From assembly GCA_040754455.1 (NCBI GenBank), contig JBFMCP010000032.1, positions 1 to 38,814 on the forward strand: 38,814 nucleotides of DNA, in the 5' to 3' direction. The translations under genes were made by a program, and so were the position numbers. The first letter of the stretch is position 1. Every line of letters starts with the position of its first letter. The notes beneath the pieces were generated by a model. The model did not search any database, was not told the DNA's origin, and saw only the letters and a program-made list of their open reading frames with translations. The DNA is from Nitrospirota bacterium (GTDB lineage Bacteria; Nitrospirota; Thermodesulfovibrionia; Thermodesulfovibrionales; Dissulfurispiraceae). Of this stretch, positions 18,014-29,224 are shown in pieces.

Positions 18014-21000
18014 ATGAGCGTTGTCGGCATCGCAGGCAAAATAGCAAAGACGTTCATCAAATCCAAGCTCACCCCGCTGATCGTCATCGCATCGCTCATT
18101 CTCGGCGTATTTGCCGTCATCGTTACCCCCCGTGAAGAGGAGCCGCAGATCGTCGTGCCGATGATCGATGTGATGGTCGCCTATCCCGGCGCCTCAGCAA
18201 AAGAGGTGGAGGAACGGGTCACGAAGCCGATGGAGAAGTTCCTCTGGGAGATCAAGGGCGTAGAGTATGTTTACACCATCTCCAAACCCGGCATGAGCAT
18301 GGCGATCGTCAGGTTCTATGTCGGCGAGGACATGGAGGACAGCATCGTCAAGCTCTACAACAAACTGATGTCCCATTACGATAGGATACCTCCCGGCGTG
18401 TCCCAGCCGCTGGTGCGCCCGAAGTCGATCGATGATGTTCCCATACTGACGTTTACTCTCTGGAGTCAGCGCTACAACGGGTATGAGCTGAGGAGAATTG
18501 CGACCGAGGTCTGTGATGAATTGAAAAAAGACCAGGACATCTCGGAGTTTACGGTAATGGGGGGCCAGAAACGCCAGGTCCGCATCGATATCGACCCCGT
18601 GCGCCTCAGGGCTTATTCTCTGGCTCCCCTGCAGATCGCAGGAATGCTGCAAAAGGCCAATTTCATGCTGCCGTCAGGCGCCTTCTTCAACAAGAACAAG
18701 GAATTTCTCGTCGAGACCGGCGCATTCCTCAAAAACGCCCAGGAAGTAGGAAATGTGGTTGTCGGCATCTCAAACAGCAGGCCTGTCTACCTGAGGGATG
18801 TGGCAAAGATCAGCGACGGTCCCGAAGAGCCGTCGAATTATGTGTTCATGGGCTTTGGCCCTGCCTCACTAAAAAGCAGCGAGTATGCCTCTCCGCAAAA
18901 CAGCACCGGACAGTATGAGGCGGTTACCATCGCCATCGCAAAGAAGAAGGGGACGAATGCCACCCACATCGCCGAGAGAACGCTGAAAAAGATCGAAGCC
19001 ATCAAAGGGACTATTATCCCCTCAGGAGTCGAGATAACCACAACGCGGAACTACGGCGATACGGCAAAGGAGAAGTCCGATGAGCTCCTCGAGCACATGC
19101 TCATCGCCGCCATATCAGTAACTATTCTTATCGCCCTTGCCCTCGGCTGGCGGGAATCCATTGTCGTTGCCGTCGCAGTGCCCGTCACCCTTGCGCTTAC
19201 TATCCTTGTAAATTACCTGTACGGCTACACGCTGAACAGGGTGACGCTCTTCGCGTTGATCTTTTCGATCGGCATTCTTGTCGATGACGCCATTGTGGTG
19301 GTCGAGAATATCCACCGCCACTTCAAGATGGGCAGCATCGATACCGAAACAGCGGTGAAGGCGGTCGATGAAGTGGGCAATCCGACCATATTGGCGACCT
19401 TCACGGTCATCGCCGCGCTGCTGCCCATGGCATTTGTCTCAGGACTTATGGGTCCTTACATGCGTCCCATCCCTGTCGGCGCCTCTGCGGCAATGCTGCT
19501 TTCACTGCTCATCGCCTTCATCATCAGTCCGTGGTTGAGCTACATCGTCTTAAAGGGAACAAAGAAGGAGGAGGGCGACAACAACGCCAAGGATGAAAGC
19601 AAAATCATCGGTGCGCTGAACCACCTCTATGAAAAAAATCTCAGGGGTCTCCTTGAGAGCAAGAGGAAGCGGCTCATGGGGCTCCTGCTCGTTCTTCTGC
19701 TCCTGGGAGGAGCAATGGCCCTGGTGCCGTTGAAGCTCGTTACCGTAAAGATGCTCCCTTTTGATAACAAAAGCGAGCTGCAGGTCATTATCGATATGCC
19801 CGAGGGGACAACGCTCGAGGAGACAGCGGCATTGACCCGCCAGGTCGGCGACTATCTCACAACCGTTCCTGAGGTTACCAACTATCAATCGTACGTCGGA
19901 ACTGCAGCTCCCTTTAACTTCAACGGCCTCGTCCGCCACTATTTCATGCGGTCGGGGAGCAATTCGGCGGATATCCAGGTCAATTTCGTCGCGAAAGATA
20001 AACGGAAGGCCCAGAGCCACGATATCGCCAAGCGACTGAGATCCGAGATCAAGAAGATCGGCGACCGTTACCATGCACGCATCAAGGTGGTCGAAATTCC
20101 TCCGGGTCCTCCGGTGCTGAGCACACTCGTTGCCGAGGTCTACGGGCCGGACTTTACGAGACAGATCGAGATAGCGCAGCAGATCAAGGAGGTATTCGAA
20201 AAAACCGGCGGTGTTGTTGACGTCGACTGGTACGTCGAAGACGATCAGAAAAAATTCTGGTTCGATGTCGACAAGGAAAAAGCCGCCTATAACGGGATAA
20301 GTACCGATACCGTTGCGCAGACCCTCAGGACAGCCATCGGCGGCAGTAGTGCCGGACTGGCCCATGTGGAAAAAGACAAGGAGCCGGTGGAGCTGTTTAT
20401 GCGGATGCCGTTCTCCGAGCGAACGAGTGTTGCGGACCTGCAAGAGGTAACGATTCCCTCGAGCTCAGGCGCTCTTGTCCCCCTCTCCGAGCTGGTCACC
20501 ATGAAGGAGCGCATCGAGGACAAGACCATCTACCGGAAGAATCTCAAACGGGTGGTCTATGTGACCGGCGATGTGGCGGGCACTGAGGAGAGCCCGGTCT
20601 ATGCCATTCTGAAAATGAAGGAGATGATCAAGAACCTCAGGCTGCCCGAGGGATACGAGCTAAAGCAATACTCAGCGGTCCAGCCGTGGCTCGAAGATAA
20701 ATATTCGATGAAGTGGGATGGCGAGTGGCATATCACTTATGAGGTCTTCAGGGATCTCGGTATCGCCTTCGCAGCGGTGCTGATATTGATTTACATAATG
20801 GTCGTCGGCTGGTTCAGGTCCTTCATCATCCCGATCGTTATTATGGCGCCGATTCCCCTGTCGCTCGTCGGCATCCTGCCGGGGCATGCAATCATGGGAG
20901 CCTTCTTTACCGCAACCTCGATGATCGGATTCATTGCGGGAGCAGGCATTGTCGTGAGGAATTCCATTATTCTCGTTGATTTCATAGAGCTCAAGCTCTC

Positions 21001-21298
21001 CGAAGGCATGGAGCTGAAGGAGGCGGTGGTGCAGGCAGGTATCATCCGGTTCAGGCCCATGTTGCTGACTGCGGCGGCAGTCGTGGTAGGTTCATCGGTC
21101 ATACTGTTCGATCCCATATTCCAGGGTATGGCGATCTCCCTGATGGCCGGAGAGGTCGCATCAACGCTGCTCTCGCGGACCATGGTGCCCGTTCTCTATT
21201 ACATATACAAAGATTGGGAAATAAACAAGAAACGGAAAGAAGAGGAACGCGCTCAAACGGCTGCTTACTGCGGCATCAGCCGATCAGAGCAGCCCTGA
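18014..21298 (+). CDS. RND efflux permease (AcrB/CusA superfamily)
   Basis: 1094 aa; [34 protein letters not shown]. Confidence 0.96.
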   Translation: MSVVGIAGKIAKTFIKSKLTPLIVIASLILGVFAVIVTPREEEPQIVVPMIDVMVAYPGASAKEVEERVTKPMEKFLWEIKGVEYVYTISKPGMSMAIVRFYVGEDMEDSIVKLYNKLMSHYDRIPPGVSQPLVRPKSIDDVPILTFTLWSQRYNGYELRRIATEVCDELKKDQDISEFTVMGGQKRQVRIDIDPVRLRAYSLAPLQIAGMLQKANFMLPSGAFFNKNKEFLVETGAFLKNAQEVGNVVVGISNSRPVYLRDVAKISDGPEEPSNYVFMGFGPASLKSSEYASPQNSTGQYEAVTIAIAKKKGTNATHIAERTLKKIEAIKGTIIPSGVEITTTRNYGDTAKEKSDELLEHMLIAAISVTILIALALGWRESIVVAVAVPVTLALTILVNYLYGYTLNRVTLFALIFSIGILVDDAIVVVENIHRHFKMGSIDTETAVKAVDEVGNPTILATFTVIAALLPMAFVSGLMGPYMRPIPVGASAAMLLSLLIAFIISPWLSYIVLKGTKKEEGDNNAKDESKIIGALNHLYEKNLRGLLESKRKRLMGLLLVLLLLGGAMALVPLKLVTVKMLPFDNKSELQVIIDMPEGTTLEETAALTRQVGDYLTTVPEVTNYQSYVGTAAPFNFNGLVRHYFMRSGSNSADIQVNFVAKDKRKAQSHDIAKRLRSEIKKIGDRYHARIKVVEIPPGPPVLSTLVAEVYGPDFTRQIEIAQQIKEVFEKTGGVVDVDWYVEDDQKKFWFDVDKEKAAYNGISTDTVAQTLRTAIGGSSAGLAHVEKDKEPVELFMRMPFSERTSVADLQEVTIPSSSGALVPLSELVTMKERIEDKTIYRKNLKRVVYVTGDVAGTEESPVYAILKMKEMIKNLRLPEGYELKQYSAVQPWLEDKYSMKWDGEWHITYEVFRDLGIAFAAVLILIYIMVVGWFRSFIIPIVIMAPIPLSLVGILPGHAIMGAFFTATSMIGFIAGAGIVVRNSIILVDFIELKLSEGMELKEAVVQAGIIRFRPMLLTAAAVVVGSSVILFDPIFQGMAISLMAGEVASTLLSRTMVPVLYYIYKDWEINKKRKEEERAQTAAYCGISRSEQP

Positions 21299-21333
21299 TC
21301 GCCGCTGCTGATGCATTTCTAAAGGAGGATGTC

Positions 21334-21561
21334 ATGTTATACATAGCGAAAACCGACAGCTGGTATCTGGAAAGAATCATTTGGCTTATAGCAGGAGTAT
21401 TCACGCTCGCAAGCGCCGTATTGGCATGGGTGCATAGCCCCTACTGGCTGATTCTGACCGCGCTGGTCGGCATCAACCTTCTTATATTCGCTTTGACGGG
21501 ATTCTGTCTCATGGCAAACATCTTGTATAAACTGGGAGCAAAACCGAGACTACAAAAATAA
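21334..21561 (+). CDS. DUF2892 (YgaP-like) small membrane protein
   Basis: ATG at 21334 after AAGGAGG; ERIIWLIAG...ALVGINL...ALTGFC-MANIL.KLG. Confidence 0.85.
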   Translation: MLYIAKTDSWYLERIIWLIAGVFTLASAVLAWVHSPYWLILTALVGINLLIFALTGFCLMANILYKLGAKPRLQK

Positions 21562-21598
21562 AAGAATTCTATCTTCTATTTACATCAAAGGAGGAAGA

Positions 21599-21784
21599 AT
21601 GGCAACGGTCGAGTACATCTGTCTTGCGTGCGGAAACCATTTTACGGCAGCCGCATGCACCAGCAGCAACAAGGACGAGCAGCAGTGCCCTCAATGCAGA
21701 AGCACCACTATTTACAAACTGAATCCCCAAAACCTCTTCGGTTTCTTTTCAGGAGGGGGCTGAAACCCGAGCGGCTGCTGCTAG
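21599..21784 (+). CDS. FmdB-family zinc-ribbon protein with probable Sec at codon 55 (missing from the ORF track)
   Basis: AAGGAGG RBS; MATVEYICLACGNHF...CPQCRS...FSGGG-TGA(21761-21763)-NPSGCC-TAG. 54 aa if TGA terminates, 61 aa with Sec. The CDS itself is well supported; Sec readthrough is less certain. Confidence 0.75.
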
Positions 21785-21808
21785 AGACCGGTTCGGTCGA
21801 ACAAAAAT

Positions 21809-21855
21809 AAAAGAGAGCCGGTGCAATGCGTGTCCATTGCACCGGCTCTCTTTTT
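21809..21855 (+). terminator. Intrinsic, probably bidirectional, terminator of the ArsR-RND operon
   Basis: AAAAGAGAGCCGGTGCAATG, loop CGTGTC, CATTGCACCGGCTCTCTTTTT. Confidence 0.9.
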
Positions 21856-21958
21856 GAGGTTGCGCATCACAGAAAGCACCACTGCGTCCCCGCCCCGCAC
21901 TCCTCCTGAGCGTATCGCCCTAAATGATTCTCACCTCGATTGGTGATAGAATCTAACT

Positions 21959-23302
21959 ATGTGGGGCAGCATAAATGATGTTATCGTCAGATTTTTATGG
22001 GAGAGAGATCTCTCATCCTACAGCAGGCACGGCGTTTTTGCCGTCAAACTGCTGCGGCTGTTGTATGTGGCGCTGCAGGAGATCTCGGGAGGGCAGCTCA
22101 CGCTGAGGGCGATGAGCCTCGTCTACACCACTCTGCTCTCGCTGGCGCCGCTCATTGCCGTGAGCTTTTCGGTGCTCAAGGCCTTCGGTGTACATAACCA
22201 GGTACGTCCCCTGCTTTTCAACTTCTTTGAGCCGATCGGCCCGAAAGGTGAAGAGCTCACCAACCGCATCATCGGGTTCGTCGAGAACATCAATGTCGGC
22301 GTCCTCGGTACGATAGGTCTTGTCACCTTGATCTATACCGTTGTGACGATGATCCAGAAGGTCGAGGAATCATTCAATTATATATGGAAAGTAAACAGGC
22401 CGCGCGGTTTCCTGCGGCGGTTCAGCGATTACCTGAGCGTGCTGCTCATCGGTCCTGTCCTCATCTTCTCTGCAATGGGCATCACCGCCTCCATCATGAG
22501 CACGCACCTCGTGCAAAAAATCATAGCCCTCGAGCCCTTCGGGACCGCCGTATACATTGCCGGGGCTATCGTTCCCTATTTTATTGTCTGCGCCGCCTTC
22601 ACCTTCATCTATATTTTTATTCCCAATGTCAAAGTGCAGCTCAGGTCGGCGCTCACCGGGGGCGTCTTTGCAGGCATCCTCTGGGAGGCATCAGGGTGGG
22701 CCTTTGCCTCCTTTGTTGCAACCTCCACGAGGTATCCCGCAATCTATTCGGGGTTTGCCATTGTCATTCTCTTTATGATGTGGATTTACCTGAGCTGGCT
22801 CATTCTCCTTACCGGTGCGGCGGTCTCTTTTTATCATCAGTATCCGCAATTGCTCACCCGCCGAAGGGAGCCGTTCATCATGAGCAGCAGGCTCAGAGAG
22901 CGGATATCCCTGCTGATTATGTTCCATATCGGTTACCACTTTTACCATAACCTCCCGCCCTGGACATTCGAGGGATTGATGGGACACATCAAACTTCCCT
23001 TCGAGCCTATCCTGGAAATACTCACGCTGCTGAAAGGAAAATCGCTGGTCTTCGAGACCGGCGACGACCCGCCCCTTTATCTCCCTGCCCGTGATATCGA
23101 AACCATACTGCTCAAAGAGATTCTGGATGCGGTCCGGACCGCCGGCGAAGACTCATATCATCCTTCCGAGGGATGCATCTCCGAATCCGAGATCGACCGT
23201 ACCCTCAAGCGAATAGATGAAGCGATCGACAGCGCACTCGGCGAGAGCACCTTGAAGTCCGTTGTCCTTGCCTGTAACGCCGTGAATCAAAAACAGACGT
23301 AG
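21959..23302 (+). CDS. YihY/BrkB-family inner membrane protein with a C-terminal winged-helix-like extension
   Basis: RAMSLVYTTLLSLAP, IYSGFA, WIYLSWLILLTGA; soluble C-terminal region with YLPAR. Confidence 0.88.
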   Translation: MWGSINDVIVRFLWERDLSSYSRHGVFAVKLLRLLYVALQEISGGQLTLRAMSLVYTTLLSLAPLIAVSFSVLKAFGVHNQVRPLLFNFFEPIGPKGEELTNRIIGFVENINVGVLGTIGLVTLIYTVVTMIQKVEESFNYIWKVNRPRGFLRRFSDYLSVLLIGPVLIFSAMGITASIMSTHLVQKIIALEPFGTAVYIAGAIVPYFIVCAAFTFIYIFIPNVKVQLRSALTGGVFAGILWEASGWAFASFVATSTRYPAIYSGFAIVILFMMWIYLSWLILLTGAAVSFYHQYPQLLTRRREPFIMSSRLRERISLLIMFHIGYHFYHNLPPWTFEGLMGHIKLPFEPILEILTLLKGKSLVFETGDDPPLYLPARDIETILLKEILDAVRTAGEDSYHPSEGCISESEIDRTLKRIDEAIDSALGESTLKSVVLACNAVNQKQT

Positions 23303-23384
23303 TGTCGTTCCTTGAAAATTCCGCCTACTTTCCGAAATAATATAAATTACCATCATTTTCTTTTGAAATAACGAAAGCTTAACG

Positions 23385-25517
23385 ATGAATGATAGAGACA
23401 AGTCAAAGGAGCAGCTTATAGAAGAGCTGCTCGAGACACGCCGGCGGTACCGCAACATCATCGACACCGCCCAGGAAGGTATCATCATGACCGATGCCCG
23501 GGCGCACCTTGTTTTTGCAAATCAGCACATCGCGCGGATGCTCGGTCTCACACCTGAAGAAATGCTCGGACGTCCGGTCTTCGATTTCATGGACGATCTC
23601 TCGCGTACTGTGGCCGAGCACTGTATGCTGCAACTGAGAGAGGGGAAATCATTACAGCACGATTTCCGCTTCCGCAGGAAGGATGGGACGAATCTCTGGG
23701 CAATCGTATCCTCCAGCCCCGTCTTTGATGAGGGAAACGCCTACATGGGCTCCCTCTGCATGATCACCGATATTACGGAGAGGAAAAAAATGGAGCAGGC
23801 GCTCATCAGAGCGGAGACCAAGTTCCGCACGCTCGTCGAGTACTCCCTGACCGGCATTTACCTTATCCAGGGCGGGAAATTTCAGTATGTTAATCCGAAG
23901 CTTGCCGAGATTTTCGGGTACACTCAGGAAGAAATCATCGCCCTACCCTCGGTTCTCGACCTCGTTGCCGCAAACAGCCGTGACCTCGTTGCCGAAAATA
24001 TCCGCAAGCGCATGGAAGGCGAAGCTCAAAGTATACAGTATATCTTTCAGGGGAGGAAAAGGGACGGCTCCATTATCGATGTCGAGGCGCTCGGGACCCG
24101 CATCGATTTTGACGGCAGACCGGCGATCATCGGAAACCTCCATGATATTACCGAGCGGAAGAGGATGGAAGAGACCATCAAGCACCAGGCCTACTATGAT
24201 CTGCTGACCGATCTGCCGAACAAGACCCTCTTCATCGACCGCCTTAATCTCGCGCTCACCCAGGCCCACCGGAACCGGCAGATGCTCGCCGTGCTGTTCC
24301 TCGACCTCGACCGTTTCAAGAACATCAACGACTCCCTCGGACATGCCGCCGGCGATCTGCTCCTTAAAGCGGTTGCTGACAGGCTCAAATCCTGTGTCCG
24401 CGAAACCGATACCGTCGCCCGCATCGGGGGAGACGAATACGCCATCATTCTCTCACAGATCAGCCGTGAGGAGGATATCACCGTCATAGCAAAAAAGGTG
24501 ATCGCCTCTTTCAAAGAGCCTTACGCCATCGATGACCACCTGCTCCACAGTACGGTGAGCATCGGCATCAGCCTGTACCCGAACGACGGCGAGTATGCTG
24601 GCACGCTCCTGAAGAACGCCGATCTCGCCATGTACCACGCCAAAGAGCTGGGAAGGAACAACTATCAATTCTATAGTCCGGCGCTGAACATCAGGACACT
24701 GGAACGCATCATCCTCGAAAACGCACTCCGCCGGACATTGGAACGTGGCGAACTGGTGGTGTATTACCAGCCGCAGGTGGATATAGCGACCAGACGCATT
24801 CTCTGCGTCGAGGCGCTGGTGCGCTGGCAGCATCCTGACCTGGGTCTGCTCAACCCGCTGCAGTTTATCCCTCTCGCCGAGGAGACCGGCTTTATTGTAT
24901 CGCTCGATGAATGGGTGCTCCGCACCGCCTGTGCACAGAGCAAGGCATGGCAGAACGCAGGGCTCCCGCCGGTCTGCATCACGGTAAACCTTTCAAGCCG
25001 CCAGTTCCAGCAGCAGAACCTCGTTGAAATGGTGATGCAGGTAGTGCGGGAGACCGAGCTCGATCCCTCACTCCTGAACCTCGAGATCACCGAGAGCACC
25101 GCCATGCAGCAGATCGAGCGCGCGATCCCGCGGCTTGCCGAGTTGAGCGCAAAGGGAATCCACTTCTCCATCGATGACTTCGGCACCGGTTATTCATCAT
25201 TGAGCTATCTGAAGCGGTTGCCTGTCAGGAAGATAAAAATCGATAAATCCTTCATCACCGATGTCCCGCACAACCCCGACGATATGGCCATCATCACCGC
25301 CATTATCGCCATGGCCCACAAAATGAAACTCTTTGTCATTGCCGAGGGAGTCGAGACCGAGGAGCAGCTTTCCTTCCTCCGGTCGAGCGAATGCGACGGT
25401 ATCCAGGGGTACCTCGTGAGCGAGCCCCTGCCTGCCGAGGAGTTCGAAGCACTCGTATTGTCAAACGTACAATATCACCAACCCCTCCCTTTTGCCCCTC
25501 GTAAAAATCGCCTATAA
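23385..25517 (+). CDS. PAS-PAS-GGDEF-EAL diguanylate cyclase/phosphodiesterase
   Basis: Two PAS domains ending in DITERK, RxxD I-site (RETD), GGDEY, EAL, DDFGTGYSS. Confidence 0.96.
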   Translation: MNDRDKSKEQLIEELLETRRRYRNIIDTAQEGIIMTDARAHLVFANQHIARMLGLTPEEMLGRPVFDFMDDLSRTVAEHCMLQLREGKSLQHDFRFRRKDGTNLWAIVSSSPVFDEGNAYMGSLCMITDITERKKMEQALIRAETKFRTLVEYSLTGIYLIQGGKFQYVNPKLAEIFGYTQEEIIALPSVLDLVAANSRDLVAENIRKRMEGEAQSIQYIFQGRKRDGSIIDVEALGTRIDFDGRPAIIGNLHDITERKRMEETIKHQAYYDLLTDLPNKTLFIDRLNLALTQAHRNRQMLAVLFLDLDRFKNINDSLGHAAGDLLLKAVADRLKSCVRETDTVARIGGDEYAIILSQISREEDITVIAKKVIASFKEPYAIDDHLLHSTVSIGISLYPNDGEYAGTLLKNADLAMYHAKELGRNNYQFYSPALNIRTLERIILENALRRTLERGELVVYYQPQVDIATRRILCVEALVRWQHPDLGLLNPLQFIPLAEETGFIVSLDEWVLRTACAQSKAWQNAGLPPVCITVNLSSRQFQQQNLVEMVMQVVRETELDPSLLNLEITESTAMQQIERAIPRLAELSAKGIHFSIDDFGTGYSSLSYLKRLPVRKIKIDKSFITDVPHNPDDMAIITAIIAMAHKMKLFVIAEGVETEEQLSFLRSSECDGIQGYLVSEPLPAEEFEALVLSNVQYHQPLPFAPRKNRL

Positions 25518-25615
25518 TTAGGGTATATCCTCTTTCGTTTGTTGCCCGTAAAGTTTCGTTGCCACAAACGGGCTGGTTTCGTATCAACTCCATCCAGCAT
25601 AACAAGGAGAATCTC

Positions 25616-28600
25616 ATGGGCAGAAAGATCATCACCGTCGACGGCTGCACTGCCTGCGCTCATGTCGTCCACGCCACCAATGAAATCATTACCATTTATC
25701 CCATCACCCCGTCCACGCCGATCGCCCAGATCTGCGATGAGAAAACAGCCGTGGGCAAGACGAACATATGGGGAACCGTTCCGATAGTAAGCCAGATGCA
25801 GTCAGAGGCAGGCGTAGCAGGGGCGGTGCATGGCTCGCTGACCACCGGCGCCCTGGCGACAACAGTCTCGGCCTCGCAGGGTCTGCTCCTGATCATCCCC
25901 GTCATGTACAAGATCGCCGGTGAACTGACGCCGACCGTCTTCCATGTCACCGCCCGCGCACTGGCCTGTCAGGGATTATCAATATTCGGCGACCATTCCG
26001 ATGTCATGGCAGCACGGGCAACAGGATTCGCCATGCTCTGCTCAAGGGATGTTCAGGAAGCGATGGATTTCGCCCTTATCGCCCAGGCAGCGACACTCGA
26101 ATCCCGGGTACCGTTCCTGCATTTCTTTGACGGCTTCAGAACATCACACGAGATACGAAAGATAGAGGAACTGAGCTTTGACGATATGCGTGCACTGCTG
26201 GATGACGGCCTCATCATGGCCCACCGCATGCGTGGACTCAGCCCCGACCGCCCCGCCATCCGCGGCACTGCCCAGGACCCCGATGTCTATTTCCAGGGAA
26301 GAGAAACGGTAAACAAGTTTTATCAGGCCACGCCGTCGATCGTCCAGAAGACGATGGACAAATTCGCAAGCATTGTCAGCAGACACTATAAGCTCTTCGA
26401 ATATTACGGCCATCCCGAAGCAGAGCGCGTTGCGGTCATTATGGGCTCCGCCGGCGAAACCATGGCAGTTACTGTAGATGAATTGAATGCCCGCGGCGAA
26501 CGGGTCGGCCTCGTACAGGTCAGGCTCTTCCGCCCTTTCTCTGCCGATGCCTTTGTCGGCGCCCTTCCGGCAAGTGTTAAGGCGATTGCCGTGCTAGACC
26601 GCACCAAGGAGCCTGGCGCGCTCGGCGAGCCGCTTTATCTCGATGTACGAACCGCGATTGGAGAAGCAATGGACAAGCATTCTGCGAAGTTCACGCACTA
26701 CCCGAAAGTTGTCGGCGGACGTTACGGGCTGGGATCAAAAGAGTTCACTCCTGCCATGGCAAAGGCAGTCTATGACAACCTCACCGAAAGCATCCCGAAG
26801 AACCACTTTACCATCGGCATCGACGATGATGTCATCCACTCCAGTCTTGCCTTTGATGAATCCTTCCGCATCGAGGGGAAAAAAGTCTATCGCGCCATGT
26901 TCTACGGCCTCGGCGCAGACGGCACCGTAGGCGCGAACAAGGATGCCATAAAGATCATCGGCACCGAGACAGACAATTATGCACAGGCCTATTTCATCTA
27001 CGATTCAAAAAAGTCAGGCTCGGTCACTGTGTCACATCTGCGCTTCGGCAAGGAACGGATACGTAGTCCCTATCTCCTTCCGAACGCCAACTTTATCGCC
27101 TGCCACAATCCGTCATTCCTCGAACGGATCGACATGCTCTCGCAGGCTGACGATGGTGCGATATTCCTGCTCACGACGCCGTACAAAAAAGACGAGGTGT
27201 GGGATACGCTGCCCCTGGAGGTTCAAGAGCAGCTCATTGCGAAAAAGATGAGGCTTTTTGTTATTGATGCCTTCTCCCTCGCCGAAGAGATAGGATTGGG
27301 GACAAAGATCAATATTCTCATGCAGACCGCCTTCTTCATCATCTCGGGATTCATTCAGAAAGAAAAGGCGATTGCTTCGATAAAGGACCAGATCAAGAAG
27401 ACCTACGGGAAAAAAGGAGACATTGTCGTCAACATGAATTATAAGGCAGTGGACAAGGCGCTGGAGAGCGTCGTTGAAGTCCCCGTACCCGCTCAGGCCA
27501 CCAGTACGAAGAGAATGCGGCCTGCCGTACCCGGAGATGCGCCCGAGTTTGTAAAAAAGGTGACCGCAACAATGCTCGCGCGCAAGGGCAATTTACTCCC
27601 TGTCTCCGCCATCCCTCCTGACGGCACCTGGCCCCCGGGCACGACGAAGTACGAGAAGCGCAATATCGGTGTTCACATTCCCATATGGGAGCCCTCTATC
27701 TGCATCCAGTGCGGCCTCTGCTCCTTTGTCTGCCCCCATGCAACGATCAGGCTTAAGGCGTATGATCCCTCGTTATTAAAAGATGCGCCGCCCCGTTTCA
27801 AATCCGTCGATGCAACAGGAAAAGAGTTGAAGGGATTGAAGTTCACCGTCCAGGTCGCCCCCGAAGACTGCACCGGGTGCGGTTCCTGCGTCTTTGTCTG
27901 TCCCGCTTACGGGAAGGATGCGGAAGGGAAGAAGATACCCGATCTGAAGGCGATCAATATGAAATTTCAGACAGAGAGACGGCAAGAGGAGGCTGAGAAC
28001 TATAAATTCTTCCTCAGTATCCCTGATCTTGATCTGTCCCGCTACAATCCGGGAACAGTAAAGGGAAGCCAGTTCAGGAGGCCGCTCTTCGAATATCACA
28101 GCGCCTGCGCCGGGTGCGGCGAGACGCCTTATATCCGGCTCCTTACGCAGCTCTTCGGCGACCGCCTGCTGATCGCCAATGCCACTGGGTGTACCTCCAT
28201 TTACGGCGGGAATCTACCGACGACTCCCTATACCACGAGAGATGACGGGAGGGGACCGGCGTGGTCGAACTCCCTCTTCGAGAACAACGCCGAGTTTGCC
28301 TATGGAATGCGACAGACGATCGATCTTTTCAGCGAAGAGGCAAAGGGGCTGGTGCAGCGGTTTCTCGAAAACCCCTCGTACGCAGATGCCCGACATCTCT
28401 TCGACGCCGTGCTCAGTGCCGATCAATCGACATATGAAAAGATCGAGGAGCAGAGGGACCGAATAGAGCAGCTGAAGAAGAGACTCGGCGGGGATCACAC
28501 ACCTGAAGCACAACGGCTTATGTTCCTCGCTGATTATCTGGTGAAGAAATCGGTCTGGGCGATCGGCGGCGACGGATGGGCCTATGACATCGGCTACGGC

Positions 28601-29200
28601 GGGGTTGACCATGTACTCGCATCAGGACTGAATGTCAATCTCCTGATACTCGACACCGAAGTATACTCGAATACCGGCGGCCAGACATCGAAGGCAACGC
28701 CGCTTTCGGCAGTCGCTCAATTCGCCGCAGGAGGCAAAAGGACACCCAAAAAGGCCATCGGCATGATCATGTCCACCTACGGCAGTATCTACATAGCGCA
28801 AGTGGCCTTCGGCGCCAACCCTGCGCAGACCGTCAAAGCGTTCATTGAAGCCGAGGCATTCAACGGCCCGTCGCTGATCATTGCCTACTCGACCTGCATC
28901 GCCCAGGGCATCGATATGGCAAAAGGGACGGAAGAGAACAAAAAAGCCGTTGCCAGCGGACACTGGCCGCTCTACCGCTTTAACCCCGACCTCGAAAAGG
29001 AGGGCAAGAGCCCACTCGTCATCGACAGCGGCGAGCCCACCATCTCCTTCGCTGAATACGCTTACAACGAGAACCGCTACCGCATGCTGAGGGCCATGAA
29101 CCCCGCCCTCGCCGCACAACTCATGGAGCAGGCCGAGGCGAATGTCAAGAGGAAATGGAACTATCTGAAACATCTCGCAGCTTGGAAACCGGGAGAATAA
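25616..29200 (+). CDS. nifJ: Pyruvate:ferredoxin (flavodoxin) oxidoreductase, single-chain type
   Basis: YPITPS, QSEAG, GGRYGLGSKEF, two ferredoxin motifs, ACAGCGET, GGDGWAYDIG, YSNTGGQ. Start reset to ATG at 25616 after AAGGAG. Confidence 0.97.
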   Translation: MGRKIITVDGCTACAHVVHATNEIITIYPITPSTPIAQICDEKTAVGKTNIWGTVPIVSQMQSEAGVAGAVHGSLTTGALATTVSASQGLLLIIPVMYKIAGELTPTVFHVTARALACQGLSIFGDHSDVMAARATGFAMLCSRDVQEAMDFALIAQAATLESRVPFLHFFDGFRTSHEIRKIEELSFDDMRALLDDGLIMAHRMRGLSPDRPAIRGTAQDPDVYFQGRETVNKFYQATPSIVQKTMDKFASIVSRHYKLFEYYGHPEAERVAVIMGSAGETMAVTVDELNARGERVGLVQVRLFRPFSADAFVGALPASVKAIAVLDRTKEPGALGEPLYLDVRTAIGEAMDKHSAKFTHYPKVVGGRYGLGSKEFTPAMAKAVYDNLTESIPKNHFTIGIDDDVIHSSLAFDESFRIEGKKVYRAMFYGLGADGTVGANKDAIKIIGTETDNYAQAYFIYDSKKSGSVTVSHLRFGKERIRSPYLLPNANFIACHNPSFLERIDMLSQADDGAIFLLTTPYKKDEVWDTLPLEVQEQLIAKKMRLFVIDAFSLAEEIGLGTKINILMQTAFFIISGFIQKEKAIASIKDQIKKTYGKKGDIVVNMNYKAVDKALESVVEVPVPAQATSTKRMRPAVPGDAPEFVKKVTATMLARKGNLLPVSAIPPDGTWPPGTTKYEKRNIGVHIPIWEPSICIQCGLCSFVCPHATIRLKAYDPSLLKDAPPRFKSVDATGKELKGLKFTVQVAPEDCTGCGSCVFVCPAYGKDAEGKKIPDLKAINMKFQTERRQEEAENYKFFLSIPDLDLSRYNPGTVKGSQFRRPLFEYHSACAGCGETPYIRLLTQLFGDRLLIANATGCTSIYGGNLPTTPYTTRDDGRGPAWSNSLFENNAEFAYGMRQTIDLFSEEAKGLVQRFLENPSYADARHLFDAVLSADQSTYEKIEEQRDRIEQLKKRLGGDHTPEAQRLMFLADYLVKKSVWAIGGDGWAYDIGYGGVDHVLASGLNVNLLILDTEVYSNTGGQTSKATPLSAVAQFAAGGKRTPKKAIGMIMSTYGSIYIAQVAFGANPAQTVKAFIEAEAFNGPSLIIAYSTCIAQGIDMAKGTEENKKAVASGHWPLYRFNPDLEKEGKSPLVIDSGEPTISFAEYAYNENRYRMLRAMNPALAAQLMEQAEANVKRKWNYLKHLAAWKPGE

Positions 29201-29224
29201 ACCGAATCCTAAATCCCAAACTCT

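Noticed and set aside
21296..21334. UGA readthrough fusing the RND permease to DUF2892
   Set aside because: The 35-nt gap is out of frame and DUF2892 has its own strong RBS. The other UGA stops (7116, 16772, 31247, 34559, rnhA) follow complete domains or overlap the next start.
21628..21810. 60-aa ORF from the track (MRKPFYGS...)
   Set aside because: Wrong frame. The overlapping frame from ATG 21599 has the RBS and the zinc-ribbon motifs.
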